From Euprymna scolopes (Eukaryota), in NCBI GenBank assembly GCA_053919585.1, contig CM132790.1: DNA of 64,000 nt; one strand, written 5' to 3'. Below the pieces are notes generated by a model that saw only the letters and a program-made list of their open reading frames with translations, made no database searches and was not told the DNA's origin. Each line of letters begins with the position of its first letter. The first letter of the stretch is position 1. A program made the translations under genes and the position numbers. Below are positions 26,425 to 39,996 of the stretch, one piece after another.

Positions 26425-26912
26425 TACATCTCTGGAAATGTTACGGTTTTGTCTACACTTTATACATTCAAGTTTTCGAGTTTCAGAAAACACCATTTAT
26501 TTAAAAGATAAAGTACTGCATCTCTGGAAAATGTGGTATCCAAACTTCACGTTTTTGTCTAAACTTCATGAAGTCAAGTTTCAGAAAACACCATTGATTT
26601 TAAAGAAAAAGGTATGTGTACCTCTACAAAATCTGAGACCCAAACATCACTGTTTTTTTTCTAAACATCATAAATTCAAGTTTCAGAAAACACCATTAAT
26701 TAAAAAAAAAAAAGTACGTGAATCTTTGAAAAAGACGAGACCCAAATTTTACGGTTTTTTCTAAACATTATGAATTCAAATTTCAGAAAACACCATTAAT
26801 TTGAAAAAAAAAAGTACGTTAATCTCTGGAAAAGGTGAGACCCAAATTTCACGTTTTTGTCTAAACTTCATGAATTCAAATGTCAGAAAACACCATTAAT
26901 TTAAAAGAAAAA
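26425..26912. repeat. ~83-bp tandem minisatellite, ~5-6 copies
   Basis: Recurring tttcagaaaacaccatt..aaaa.gtacgt..ctct..gagacccaaa; explains ORF 26285-26764. Confidence 0.9.
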
Positions 26913-27689
26913 TCACTTTAGTTTATCATCATTTTAGTTTATTATCCTTATTGTATGTTTCTGAGTAACAGATTTTCTCTGTAATAATTTATAAACGAAT
27001 TCAATTGTGTAATGAGCAAAAATTGGCAATTATGATAGTTACAGGATTCTTCACACTTACCTAGAAAGAGCGGCTTCTTAGACTAAGTCTATTCTCACTT
27101 GAGTAGCGGAGGATGCGAGGAGACTTGATTCTCGCGTGCAGTATCATCACAATGAATGTAAATTTACCTTTAGATGACTTTTTAATCCCAGCAGTGTTTA
27201 TCCCCACAAATTAACGTATTACTGTCGCGTTCTACCTTTTACGTTACTCTCTACGTACACAATATATAAGTTCTCATACATCCAAGTGATCCTTGGGAAC
27301 AGTACTCTCTTAAAAAAGTTCAAATACGTATATCCGTTTTTAATAATAAAAAAAACTATCTGTATAAGACACACCTTAAGAGAGTCTTCCAACTTTTCAA
27401 ATTTTCAAAAGGGCAAAGCAGAAGAGATAATAAATACAAAAAGTAATATGCTGTTATGAGAACAGTGGAAATTTACATAGTAGTGGTCATCATTAAATCC
27501 CGGTCAACGTCGGGCCTTCCTGATCGTACTTGTATAAAACTGTAAATTTCGCATTTTTAATTTGTAATTATTTGAATAGGAATCCTATAAAAGATTTATT
27601 ATCAACTAATAATGAGATCAACAAGAATAAACGCCATTATGGTCCTAGAAGATTACTCACACTGGAGAGTAATCTGTGCCTTTAAAAAG

Positions 27690-28185
27690 CCACCATTCGC
27701 CCATCTGGGATGGTGCATCTACCACTAGTCTCTCCCTTTTGGATAGGGTCCAAAACAGAGTTATCAATTTAATAGGTCCAACTTTGTCAACTAAACTCCA
27801 ACCCCTGTCCCATCGCCACCATGTTTCATTCCTGCGCTTGTTTTGCAAGTATTTTAATGAAATGTGCTCTGATGAACTTGTTGCACTTGTGCCTCCTCGA
27901 CGTACATACCCGCGATAAATCCATAGCAACAAAACCACAAGCATTGAGGTCTCTAAATACCAAAAAGCTCTCTAATCTTATAGTTTCTTCCATCGAACAT
28001 CTAGACTTTGGAATTTCCTTCCTGCTACCTGCTTCTCTGATAGTACTAATATGTAGAAGTTTAAATGTAATGTAAACCAACATCTTGCTAATCTTTCCTA
28101 GGCATGGTCCCAAATAGTAGCCCCTTACGTCCAACTGGCGATATGCCTTGTTAGTGGTGAACGTGAGTGACAACAACAAAAAACA
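27690..28185 (+). mobile_element. 5'-truncated LINE family B
   Basis: IWDGASTTSLSLLDRVQNRVINLIGPTLSTKLQPLSHR plus family B tail. Confidence 0.85.
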
Positions 28186-28558
28186 AATACAGAGTACACG
28201 TGTCTGTGAACATGATATAGTTACAAAATAAAGTGAAATCATTACGTTTAAGTCGGTTCGGATAAATCATAGTTGCATCAGAGAACCGAGGAACACATCA
28301 AAAGATACCAATCGTAAAAATTAAAGGTTTGCCATTATTAAAGTTGAAACATGAATGGGACACCAACACCAAACAAATGAAATTTTTTATACAATAAGTA
28401 CACTGCATCTATTACGAGTATAAATATCTAAGATTCCGTTGCATTTATTCATATTTCTAAGTAAGTTATAACAGTGTATCTACTCGTAACAGTGTATCTA
28501 CTTACTATAAAATTAATATTTGATTTTGACTATCCAGTTTAGATCGTATGTGGCGGCA

Positions 28559-28721
28559 GAATAAGGAAAAACCATTTACATTTGCTGTAACTTACAGCAA
28601 ATGTAAATGGTTTTTCCTTATTCAACTTGTTTTAGAAATTATTTTATTCTGAGATAATTTTCTAAATTTCCTTATTCAACTTGTTTTAGCAATTATTTTA
28701 TTCTGAGATAATTTTCTAAAT
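28559..28721. repeat. Perfect 32-bp-arm palindrome followed by a 54-bp tandem duplication
   Basis: gaataaggaaaaaccatttacatttgctgtaa-c-ttacagcaaatgtaaatggtttttccttattc; 28614-28667 repeats at 28668-28721. Confidence 0.95.
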
Positions 28722-29254
28722 CTCCTCGTCTTAAGAAAAAATAATTCTGTATCTGTCAATATAGACTAAATTCCCCTTTTTTAAAGAAAAGAAAAGATGT
28801 TGGGGACAGGATGGTCTGCTATGTGATAGACGACCCCGTCCCCATGTGTGTCATGGTGGATGTATTTAATGGTAGAGAAATTGAAAAGACAAAAGGTCGC
28901 ATAATGAGGACGAAAATATGGCGTTATATATCAGCGAAAGAAATGCAATTTATTTCCATAAATATACATGAAGAAGCGATAAAAAAATAGGATTTCATTG
29001 AAAGATGAGTAACGTTACTTGCGAGAGGCTGACGGTAGCCAGGAACATTGTGGTTGCCCATTGCCACCGGACCGGTATTTGATACATCTTGACTACTCGA
29101 AGGTCCGGCGCGAAAGAGGAAGAAATATAGGGAACAGGAAGTGATGTAGCTAGGTCGCTCCTCTGAGTCAAAGGGCAACAATCGAGCTAGGCTGGGAGTT
29201 TTAAACTCCCACATATGTTAGTCACATGAATTATATATATAAAAAAAAAACAAT

Positions 29255-29289
29255 AATACTCTTGAACCACGCCGGGTAAGGACAACTAG
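29255..29289 (+). mobile_element. Helitron-like 3' terminus
   Basis: ccacgccgggtaaggacaaCTAG|T, same pattern as the ends at 18523 and 42467. Confidence 0.4.
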
Positions 29290-31444
29290 TACAAAATACA
29301 GTATGCTTTATCTACAAAAAAATACGTATTCCCGAAGCGCAATGTTTATTGATCCAGATTAATAAATAGATAAGATTTTATTTCCACATCTACTCATCCG
29401 GGAAATACAAATAAGAAAAGTAAATGTTTCATCAAGCGAGAAAGTACTATTGAAATGTTTACTGTTCATGAACCGGTAAGCTACATTTATGTGCAGCATT
29501 CTGGAAATGGTGTATTCGCGTAATGAAACGTGGGTGTCGAATACATTATTTAATCAGTCCCATTCTTCATATGGGAATGCAGGAATAGCTAGAAATCAAC
29601 TAAGGTTTCGTTTCCAATCAATTGTTTCTATGCACTCCAGTCCAACCATGGTTTGGTGGCTGTTAGGCTGAGGTAAGGTTTAGTTCATTCCATGAGTGTT
29701 AACCCTCCCTAGCTTTAAATTCTCTCCGAGAATGCGTTAGTTTAATGCTAATTGCCTGAGACGCACCTACCAGAGAATGCCAGCTAAGGTATTTTTGTAG
29801 GCTAGTGTGCGTTTATCTTTGTGTGCTGGCTTGTTAAAACCACACCTAACCTTGTGACTAACTTCTTGACGCGTTAATAAATATATTTCAAATGTTTCAA
29901 CTTGATCTCTGTCTTTCTGACATAAAACTCTTTTATTATAGTTTAAACAATGAATACATACTATTACATTATTATATACAACTATTCTTTAATATTCTTG
30001 TAACACAGAAAACAACATTTTTGTTCTACTCTCTGTTGTCCGGGAGCAATAAAATTGCCATTATTACAATTACAGTATTATATTGTATAAAAGAGTTTGA
30101 GCGTAACAGGAGCTATTTTCCTACTTTGCTCGGGAGCAAATCAATGCAGTTTGCACTATTGCATTTTAATCTCTTTGAACTATAATCATAAACATCATTT
30201 GCCTTAAGCGAAAGCTGGTAGCGGGCAGACGGAATTACCTGGCGCCAAGAATGTCATTGTGTTTTGTTCTTCTTGGCGTTGTCCAGGAGCAACGTATATA
30301 AGGTCACAATGTAGCTCCGGTATATAATTACCTTATTATTTTTTCAACACATGGGATTAGAGAAATGAATAAGCTGGAAGAAGGAGACAGAAAATGTTGA
30401 GCAGGTAAACCGAAAAAGGATGTAAAAGATAAAAATAAGGAAAATAAAGGAAGAGAAAGGAAATAATATGTGTTAATAAAAGGATGTTACACATATTGTT
30501 ATTGAGATTTGTTTTACACGGCGTTATCCAGGAGCAATAATTTTACAAAATAGAGATGTAAGTCTTAATACATACCACTGTTTATGTTCTGTCTTATTTT
30601 TTATCAACCCTATGCAAGAATACGTCTACAGTAGGTACTGTGCTTCGAAATAAGGTTAGCCAAATAAATGAAATAGCAGTAATAATACAGTAAAGCGAAC
30701 TCATTGTATTATGTCTGCATGCCGATCTCTTTTTCTGTCGCAGTGTAGTATAGTCCCACTCTCCCTAATGTTAGCTTCTTCGACGCCTCGACTTGACCAG
30801 TATTGAAAAACCATCGCTTATGCAACAATGACGTGATGTCTCTGCGACAGCACAGAGATGGACGTCATGATTGGACAACAGACGAGTATTGAGGCAAAAC
30901 TGCGCAGAAAAATGAATATGTTCGCCTTGTTTCCTGGGTAAATTGTTCGTATTGATCAGGCTTTATTCTTAATTCGCGCCGAATAAATAATTCCAGTATC
31001 GCCCTATTGGCATTTCCGATGCCATATCGAACAGTGGCGGTGCGTGTAGGCGTGCATCGGTGCGTTGCAGATAAGCAATGGATACGCATGTAGTACCATG
31101 CAACATGTAAATTCTACCGTTATTGCTACAACAGGACTGCAGCGTAACGCTACAAATTGAAATCCGTCTGCACACTGAGTTGCACTGTACAAGCATGCCA
31201 TTATCTGTTAAATATTTCAACCTTCATTTTATCGGTTATTTAATTCTGAAGTCTTATAAATTAGCACACATACACACACACACATATATATATATAGTAA
31301 TTAAAATAATATATATGGCCATATATATTTTATAAATTACTAACTAGCTCTACCTACGTATTGAGCACTTTTGAAGTAAATACTTAAAGTTTACGCATAA
31401 ATCTATACTTTCGTATATTAAATTTATGTGAGTAAATGAAGTAG

Positions 31445-31501
<57 letters not shown>

Positions 31502-32212
31502 CAATGCTTACGGTCATATAACGTTGACATATAAGTTCCGTTTCGATCAATAGAATAAGCTACATTAAATCTGTTTAGTAAATTAAATGGTCTAACCGAT
31601 TAGTTTAGTTTTTCTGATGTTACTAAATATGTAATCATGTTGGTAAAATAGTTTTTGCTTCGCGTTCGCAATCTGTTCGCATTATACGAAAGTTGAGTTA
31701 ATAGAGTTTTTTCGTAAGACATTTTTATATATATCTAATCACAAAATCCATGCTAAATTAGAACTTTGTTTGGGGATTGAGTTATGTTTGTATAATATAT
31801 TGTTGATATCAGCTTTAATTTGCAAATAACTCAACAAGTGACAATCTCCAAGTCAGTTTCTTTCTGTCACTCTCGTCTTCTTTCATCGTGTATTACTTAG
31901 CTTCCCGTATGTATGTAGATTTTATCAATTTTCCGTCCGTGCATTTTGGTCATCTTTCCCTCTAATTCGCTGTTTATTAGCAGCTGAATGTAACGAAAAA
32001 GCAAAAGAATAACAGTTTAGCATAGATCATTAGAAGCAACAGGAAATAACACCACAAGTATAGGACATATTTACCTGTAGCTGATAGAAAATGAGAATAA
32101 AGAAAGAAAGAAAGAAAGAAAGGCAGATAGATAGATAGGTAGATAGATAGATAGATAGATAAATAGGTAGGTAGGTAGGTAAGTAGGAAGAGAGAGTGAG
32201 AGAGACAGACAG

Positions 32213-32255
<43 letters not shown>

Positions 32256-33489
32256 AAGACGTAGAGCACGGTGGAATAGAACGAACGAAGAATTTGAACT
32301 TTTTACTGACTTTATAAACTCGTTTCCTGATCTTAACCATCTAATTTGAGGTGACTGAATAATCCAACAGATCCGAAATATTCGAGTATGTCCATGTTTA
32401 ATGTGATGTTTAATTAATATTAATCAATTATTTTAACTTGTTTATTATGATGTAATGGTACGTACATCGCTAGAACAAATACTGTTCTATTCAGCTATAT
32501 AGGGCAACATTGTTCAACGGAATCCAAAGTAAAACAGATAGAGTGGTTATTCAATGCAGTTCGAATATCTTAATTGAGAAACAAAAAATCAAGCATGCAT
32601 CGCCTCCCGTGAGTGCACAGTGAACGAAGCATAAAAAATGTCTGAGTTCAGCATTTGCCCCTCCCCAACATTTAGCCCCAAAAGTCCCCAAGGGACGTCA
32701 AATCCTGGCGAAAATGAGGAAACGTTGCAGTTTTAGGACTTAACATTTGTAAATTTGAGTTCTGCACGACGCAAAAAAATAAATAACTAAGTCCATCATT
32801 TGTCCCCCCAACTTGGTTCAAAATCTTCAAGGCCTTAACATATTTAAATTTGAGTTCAGCACCATGCAAAACTGCTAAATAGACATACACAGAAAATTTT
32901 GGACCAATATGGTAAACTAGTCCCAAAAATTGAGTGTTTTTATTAGTCCTAAAAGAGCCCCTCGAGCACACCCAAGAGTTATTGTGAAGTATAGACAAAC
33001 AAAATTATATAGAAATCAGTTACTTACAACTTTTCAGAAATGTTTTAATACAAGACATCAATTTTTTTTTAATAAGCACAAAGTGTCAATTTTAGCCATT
33101 TTAGCCCGAAAGGCACCCCTAGGGGGAGCAGCCGAATTTTCCCGGAAAATCTATTCTGTTAATTTTTTACTCACATTATGATAAATGTTTTGCAAATTTT
33201 CAAAAAATTCCAAGGCGTAGTTATTGAGAAAATTGCGGACAGACAAACGGACGAACGGGCAAGGATGAATTTACAGGTCAATTCTCCTTTTGTCGGCAGA
33301 CACAAAAATCAATACAGTTTAATTGATTTTCAGGGTCATACGCTACTGGTGAAATAATGAGGTTAAACACTACTAATCTAAAACTTACAAAAACAGAGCT
33401 AATAAATGACGTTGAAATATACAAAGATAGCAAATGATATGAGTTACTGGCGAATGTCGTATATAGCTTAATTATTTTCATTAAACCGT

Positions 33490-33819
33490 CTTAGTTTTTA
33501 ACTAAAAAAAGTTAAAGAGCTACGGAGACGAAAGTAGTACGACTAAAACCAGCGACTTTTGGTGCTCCAAAATTCAGTTTTCCACATAGTCATTGCCATT
33601 CTTAATACACTTTTGCCAGGAATTCAATGGCACATTACTGTTTCTGACAAAGAGTTGCTTTCTTCGTGTCTCACACCGTCAATATCCGCAACAGAGAGAT
33701 GAAAACGTCAGGTCATGAATAAATTAACTCATCGTGACAATGCAATTTGCAATCCTCTCTGACTCATTCGGGGTGAATAAAACATAGGAAGCGTTACTTT
33801 TGGAACGCCCCCCTCGTAC
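33490..33819 (-). mobile_element. Non-autonomous mariner derivative, copy 3 (further deleted)
   Basis: Reverse complement shares ttttggagcac.aaaagtcgct with ~18017-18038; TIR ttacttttggaacgccccc.tcgta. Confidence 0.6.
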
Positions 33820-34907
33820 AATCAACCGCGTTTAAACTCACTTTTCAATTATGTTTCGGATTTACTTAGATGGAGATTTATAATTTGTATTATTTGAATC
33901 ATTGAAACCACTGGTGTAATGGATGATTTATTAACTAAGGGTACTCAAGAAATCAGTTCTGCTTAGCTCAACTAACATCTTACGCCAGATACTTTCCATC
34001 TAATTGACCCTTTTACTACCCTCACTAGCTTTATTGTAAGAGTTCTCCTTTAGGGGGGGGGAACGGTATAAAACAGCAGANNNNNNNNNNNNNNNNNNNN
34101 NNNNNNNNNNNNNNNNNNNNNNNNNNNNNNNNNNNNNNNNNNNNNNNNNNNNNNNNNNNNNNNNNNNNNNNNNNNNNNNNNNNNNNNNNNNNNNNNNNNN
34201 NNNNNNNNNNNNNNNNNNNNNNNNNNNNNNNNNNNNNNNNNNNNNNNNNNNNNNNNNNNNNNNNNNNNNNNNNNNNNNNNNNNNNNNNNNNNNNNNNNNN
34301 NNNNNNNNNNNNNNNNNNNNNNNNNNNNNNNNNNNNNNNNNNNNNNNNNNNNNNNNNNNNNNNNNNNNNNNNNNNNNNNNNNNNNNNNNNNNNNNNNNNN
34401 NNNNNNNNNNNNNNNNNNNNNNNNNNNNNNNNNNNNNNNNNNNNNNNNNNNNNNNNNNNNNNNNNNNNNNNNNNNNNNNNNNNNNNNNNNNNNNNNNNNN
34501 NNNNNNNNNNNNNNNNNNNNNNNNNNNNNNNNNNNNNNNNNNNNNNNNNNNNNNNNNNNNNNNTATAAAAAGTCTTTATTTTAAGTTAGCATTACAATAA
34601 GTAGTTACAATTCGGGTAACCGCCTTATAAGCAAGGGTCAGCAACATATGGCACGTGGGTCACACTTGGCCAGTGTTACTCCTCCAGCTTGGCATTATCA
34701 GTGTTGATATGTTTATCAGTAAATTTCTTTGTATAAAGAAATAAGGATCGGTACTTTCTCTACAATAAAAAAAAAGTCTGAGTTTATATATTTTGTAAAG
34801 ACATAAATACGTAGATGAACGAGATATCTCTCTGGATTAGTGCTTAGTTTTATCGAATATATAACAAAAATATCGTAGAAGAAAAAGGCGTATCAAACTA
34901 AAATATA

Positions 34908-35455
34908 TGACGGGGAACGTTTCAAAAGTAATGAATCCGATTTTCATATTCTGTCCAAATGGGTCAGAGAGGAGTGGCAATTGTGTTGTCGGGATGACTG
35001 AACGTATTCATATATGGCCTGAGAGTTTCATTTCTCTGTTGCAAACATTGACAGTGTGAGACTCTAAGAATACAATCCCTGTCATGAACGGGCGCCAGAA
35101 GCAGAGGTCTGTTATTGAAATCCTCCATTCAGACAAAATTGAAACAATTAACATTTATCGACGCCCATTGAACGCTTGCGAAGTCGATGAAGTTGATGTC
35201 AGACCAGTTAGGAGATGGGTTCGTCGATTTCAGAGGAGCGACAGAGATATGAATGACCAAGTGTGCTCTGGACGCTCACACATAGTCGCTACACTTTCGT
35301 TAGCAAATACGCATTGAGAAAGGCGGTGGACATGTTGAAAAACAAGTTCTTGAGCACAAAAGGTTGCTCATTTAAATCCAGTTTGGCTAGCTCTACAGAA
35401 GTTAGTTTTTTTTGCGTTAAGAAATAGGAAGCTTTACATTGGAACGACCCTCGTA
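34908..35455 (+). mobile_element. Non-autonomous mariner derivative, copy 2
   Basis: ORF 35084-35317 (QRSVIEIL..VRRWVRRFQ..DQVCSGRS) is a mariner HTH domain; TIR ends gaacgaccctcg|ta. Confidence 0.8.
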
Positions 35456-36009
35456 GTTAAAGAAAAAACACGTGACGGGCCTGGTGAGGGTGATGGTGGT
35501 GATTTAATAAATACACAATTATTATGACGTCATTCGAGATTTACTAGTTACTTGTTTTATTAGAAAGAGTTTTGCAAAGGCATCAACAAAAATGTTTCAT
35601 TATAGAGAAAACCGAAGGAGTATCAAGGATCTATGAATCCTATTTTATGGAAATTGACACACACATACATACATGCATACATACATACATACAGACAGAC
35701 AAGGCATGAAGCCAATTTTTGTAAGGAGTTAAAATATTACGTCAAAGTCAAGAAATCAGCAATTGTTGAGTCTTTGTCAGAAACATCGCTCTTGGAATGT
35801 GAGGAATAAAGGACAAAATAACGGATGCGAGAGTTAAGAAGGTGCGGAAAATGAAGCTAATGTCAACTTTCTACTTTCCTTAAATTGTAGAATAGAATTT
35901 CAAATAGATTTAGTAAATATGCTGACAACGCAGCAAATCAACGTTGAATTGGACAGATGTCAAAAAGCTACAAGTGTTTTAACGATGAACTTCCAATTAC
36001 TAAATATAT

Positions 36010-36570
36010 ATTCTGAAACTACATTAACTAAAGTATTAAGATAAGTATGTTTCAGTTTGAACAAAAGTGAAACAATAATATTGTGGTGTTTGCATTCAGT
36101 CGTTCATAGAATGAAAATATTTTTTAAGTACAACATAATCACATTGATACGCAGGTTCTCCGTAAGATCATCAAAGTTAAGCAACGTTGAACTTGGTCAG
36201 GTGACCATTTGAGAATACCAGTCACTGTATGTCGGAGTATGTCGACACCTCCTTGTAAGAACTGCAAAGACCTAATATTGCCATCTGTTGCCAATGATGA
36301 GAGTTATTGTGTTAGATGTAGAACAGTTGAGATAGCAGGATAAGTTTATAGAGACAGTCCAAAGGAAACGTGAGAGGAATTGATGAGAATGATCTTTAGA
36401 TGAGGAGTGATAAAAAAAAGCTGATATTAGAAAAGTTCATTTATAAAAGCCGTTTGACAGATGTCACCATATAAAACGGACATTAAAACGAATATGAAAA
36501 TGTATCTTGATTTTGATGACGAATAGTTAAGCATTATTTCAAATAGTTTTATATCAAAACATTGCAATGC

Positions 36571-36607
<37 letters not shown>

Positions 36608-37100
36608 GTTACAATCACAAGCGCGCCCCACGTTGGGACTACGTAAAGGCGCTCACGTAACAAAATATTAAAAAAATAGAAAGGAAAATAAAAGAAAAAG
36701 TTCGAGGGTTTTGGACACGTGTATGTCTTGAAACTACATTAACTACAATACTTAGATGAGTATGTTTCAGTTTGTAACAAAAATGATACAATAATATTTT
36801 GGTGCTTGCATTCGTGCTAGTCATTCATAGAATAGGAATATTTTAAGCTCCTTTCCTCTCTTTTTCTCTCCTTTCTCTCTCTTTCTTTTTGTACCCCCTC
36901 TTTCTCTCTCTGTTTCTCGAATGGAAATATGTCGCAAACTCCTTAGAGGATGTTGAAGACATACCTCTATAACCAGATATATTCCGAAACTACATTAATC
37001 ACTACACTTAGATGAATATGTTGCAATTCGATAAAAAGGTATTACAATAATATAGTGGGGTCTGTCTTCGTGGCGGACATTCATAGAATATAAATATTGT
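36010..37100 (-). repeat. Three dispersed ~110-bp repeats (~36015, ~36730, ~36986)
   Basis: gaaactacattaa..ttagatga.tatgtt..acaataatat..ttcatagaat; reverse-complement related to the 43390-43850 array. Confidence 0.75.
36129..36229 (+). pseudogene. 5S rRNA pseudogene or 5S-derived SINE head
   Basis: ggttctc..gatcatcaaagttaagcaacg..ggtcag/gtgaccatttgagaatacc..ctgta is colinear with metazoan 5S; the tacttggatg segment is deleted. Confidence 0.75.
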
Positions 37101-37354
37101 ACAAACTCCAAAAATTCGGGGGATATATCCCCATAAGGACGACAGCAATATACAAGAGGGGAAGGATACAATTGATGATTTTTTACGTGTTCTGCTATTA
37201 CTATAACAATACTTAACTATGAATATAAAATACTCTTAAATAATTGCAAAATATATTCTAATAACATTAACACATTATTCTGATAATATATTCCGTATGA
37301 CCGGTCCATTAGTTATAATGGAGATAGTGGGCTAAAAACCCGGTTAAAATTCTC

Positions 37355-38250
37355 ATTCGAGTCATATCAAAAACTTAAAAATTATACTTGATGACCTCTT
37401 TGTAAAAGACTCAGTCTAGAAGTGTAAGCCATGTTTAATTTCAGAACAGTTTCCGATGGTTAGTTGTTCTACACAAGTCCTTGAGTCCTGGTTCTCAGTA
37501 GACAGTTCTAGAGTTCGAATCCACAGAGCATAATATTCTTCTCGTGTTGACACGAAGAAAACATATGCGAAGTTGCCACAGAAAGGTTTAATATTTATGG
37601 GGCAATTTTGGTTTCTGATTGGTTGGTAGCAGAACGTGAATTAATTCGATTCGTCAGTTCCTAGCAGCATCGTTTATAAATAGAATCTCCCGACTGTGCG
37701 GGATCATACCCCATTATACTTCTTGTCTGATGGGATGTGTCTCCTAGCGGCTTCGGCTGCAGGGAGACAGGGTAGTACCAGTCAAGGATTCGTCACTTGA
37801 CACTCAGCCCAACAGGTGAGGGGCCGGGAACCGGCCCAGCACCTGTTGGACTGAGGTACACCGCCTGGGTAATACCTAGGAGGTCCACCCTCCCAGGCCT
37901 TGCCACCAGGCTTTCCGGTGGGGCAAGTTTTTTGCTTGCTGCCTGAGGCGCCCAGACAGGGGAATGCCAACGGGGTTATTCAGGCAATTTTTAAAATTGC
38001 AGGAGTGCCCCTTCTTTAGGGGAGCCTGCGGGTATCCCACTTTCCAGGCCTTGTGCCAAATATTGCCGATGTGGGCGGCAATTAAACATATACCCCATTA
38101 CGGAGTAAAACTATTGCAACACTCAACATTATAAGGAGAGGGTCAAGGGCAAATAGAGTATTCCTGTGAATGAAGTAGCGCACTCTCTTTCACTTAACAC
38201 CTAATGAAAAAAGAAAGCCCTCAGCTCGCCCCCGACTATAGTCAGTCACA
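37355..38250 (+). mobile_element. SINE-like element(s) with nested insertions
   Basis: Halves at 37355-37420 and 38117-38250 match 26250-26370; internal B-box-like gagttcgaatcc at ~37510. Confidence 0.4.
37717..38089 (+). mobile_element. GC-rich structured retroposed insert with 11-bp TSD
   Basis: ataccccatta at 37706-37716 and 38090-38100; multiple hairpins inside. Confidence 0.65.
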
Positions 38251-39455
38251 TAAATTAATTCATGCAGATTAGTTTTATCCGTAATTTTTAGTATAGCTGA
38301 TGTTCAAATAACTTCTATACTTGGGAAGGATATATTAAAACAATCCATTGTTACGTCTGGAACCTAATATGTAGGCGTATACACATCTGTTTAAGATCTC
38401 CTGCGTTTACTGGTCTGAATCAATAATCATGGATCGTTCGTATCTCGTGGTCTACCGAGAATATATTGCAGCCGTCAGCCATTTTTTTTTGCCCGACTTG
38501 AGGAAGATAAGAGAGAAAAGAAACAGGATAAAAGAGAAAGAACGAAAAGAAAGGAAACACAGAAAAGAACGGAGTAAAATTAGAAAAAGAAAAGAAAGAA
38601 AGAAACCGAATAAAAATGAAATAAAAAAAAAAGATTTTTTCCGAAATGGGAGAAAGGAAATATGAAAATGTAAGAAAGTAAGAAAAGCGGATGAATTGAA
38701 CAAAATAAAGAAAACGAATATGAAAAAAAGAGAGAAGGTAATAAGTGATAGAAAGGCAGCAATGATAGAAAAGGAATTTTTTTTTAAATGGTGATTAACT
38801 TAACAGTATATTAAACCTTTTCGTATTATTGTCTGCTAGTTTCGGTCAGTTTGATAAAAAAAAATTGTGTATCAAGTTCTTTATATTTTCAAATAATAAT
38901 TCATCATGTTAAGTTTGATTGTTTTGTAGAGAAAAATTGTTGTCTTTGTTTTTGACTTTGCATTACATGATTCAGTTTTCCGTAACGTAAAAAAAAATGT
39001 CAAAGTTTGATGCATTTTAGGCCCCCAAAATACAGTATTTTTAGATAGCCTGATCTGGTAGCACCAGACCGCAGATTGGGATTCGTTGGAAAGAAATTTG
39101 GGTAAAAAAGGGACGTTTTTTGTAATCTTGGTTGGAAGACAAGTTCTTGCTATGAATGTTTTAGGGGGAGGAAATCAGAAATTGAAGCTTTAAAATCAGC
39201 TTTATCAATTCCATGACTATCGCAAATGCCTGTTATGATGTTTATGAATCGTTGGAATGCGAGGCTAGTATTGATTTTGTTGATTTTTTTTTTTTTTTGG
39301 CTGATGCCAAAAGATGTTTAGAATTAAAAAAAATATGAAAAGAAAGAGATAAGGAAATAAAGCATAGTAAGTTAACAAGGATGAAAAGGAAATAAAAAAG
39401 ATTGATTTAACAGCATATCAAACCTTTTCGTATTATTGTCTGCCCGTTTCGGTCA

Positions 39456-39996
39456 AAACCACCATTCTCTCATGTATGGAGTACTGTTTTCACATTTGGG
39501 CTTGTACATCTGCTTCTTGTCTCTCACTCCTTGACAGGGTTCAAAAGAGAGTCGCTAACCTGATAGGTCCTGAACTGTTATCAAAGCTTCAGCCTCTGTC
39601 CCATCGACGAAATGTTGCATTCCTTTGCCTGTTCTACAAGTACTTTAATGGTGAATGCTCTGACGAACTACAATCACTTGTGTCCCCCTCGATGTAGATA
39701 TCCCTGACAAACCCGATAAGCAGCTGAATTCCACACCTTCACAGTAGAGATCCCTAGGTGTAAGAAAGCCTTCTACTCCAACAGTTTCTTTCCCAAAACT
39801 GCTAAACTTTAGGAACTCCCTTCCGTGATTCTGCTTTCCCAACTGTACTGACATGCAGAAGTTCAAGTGTAATGTGAACAAGCATCTTGCTACTCATATC
39901 CCTTCATAATACCCCTGCAACTTATGTCCCCGATAGTAGCCCCCTACTTCAAAGTGGCACTGTGCCTTGTTTGGAGTGAAAATTGAAAAAAAAAAA
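39456..39996 (+). mobile_element. 5'-truncated LINE family B
   Basis: MEYCFHIWACTSASCLSLLDRVQKR..., tail, poly-A; empty-site paralog at 38814-38900. Confidence 0.9.

Noticed and set aside
27055-27170. Perfect minus-strand AG|GTAAGT donor
   Set aside because: No clear acceptor or convincing open frame; expected by chance
32560-33330. Possible Helentron/DINE-like element
   Set aside because: Only a cagacaaacggacgaacgg tract and general resemblance; termini could not be defined
34632-34690. hAT-like 5' end caagggtcagcaacatatggcacg
   Set aside because: No matching right TIR or TSD found
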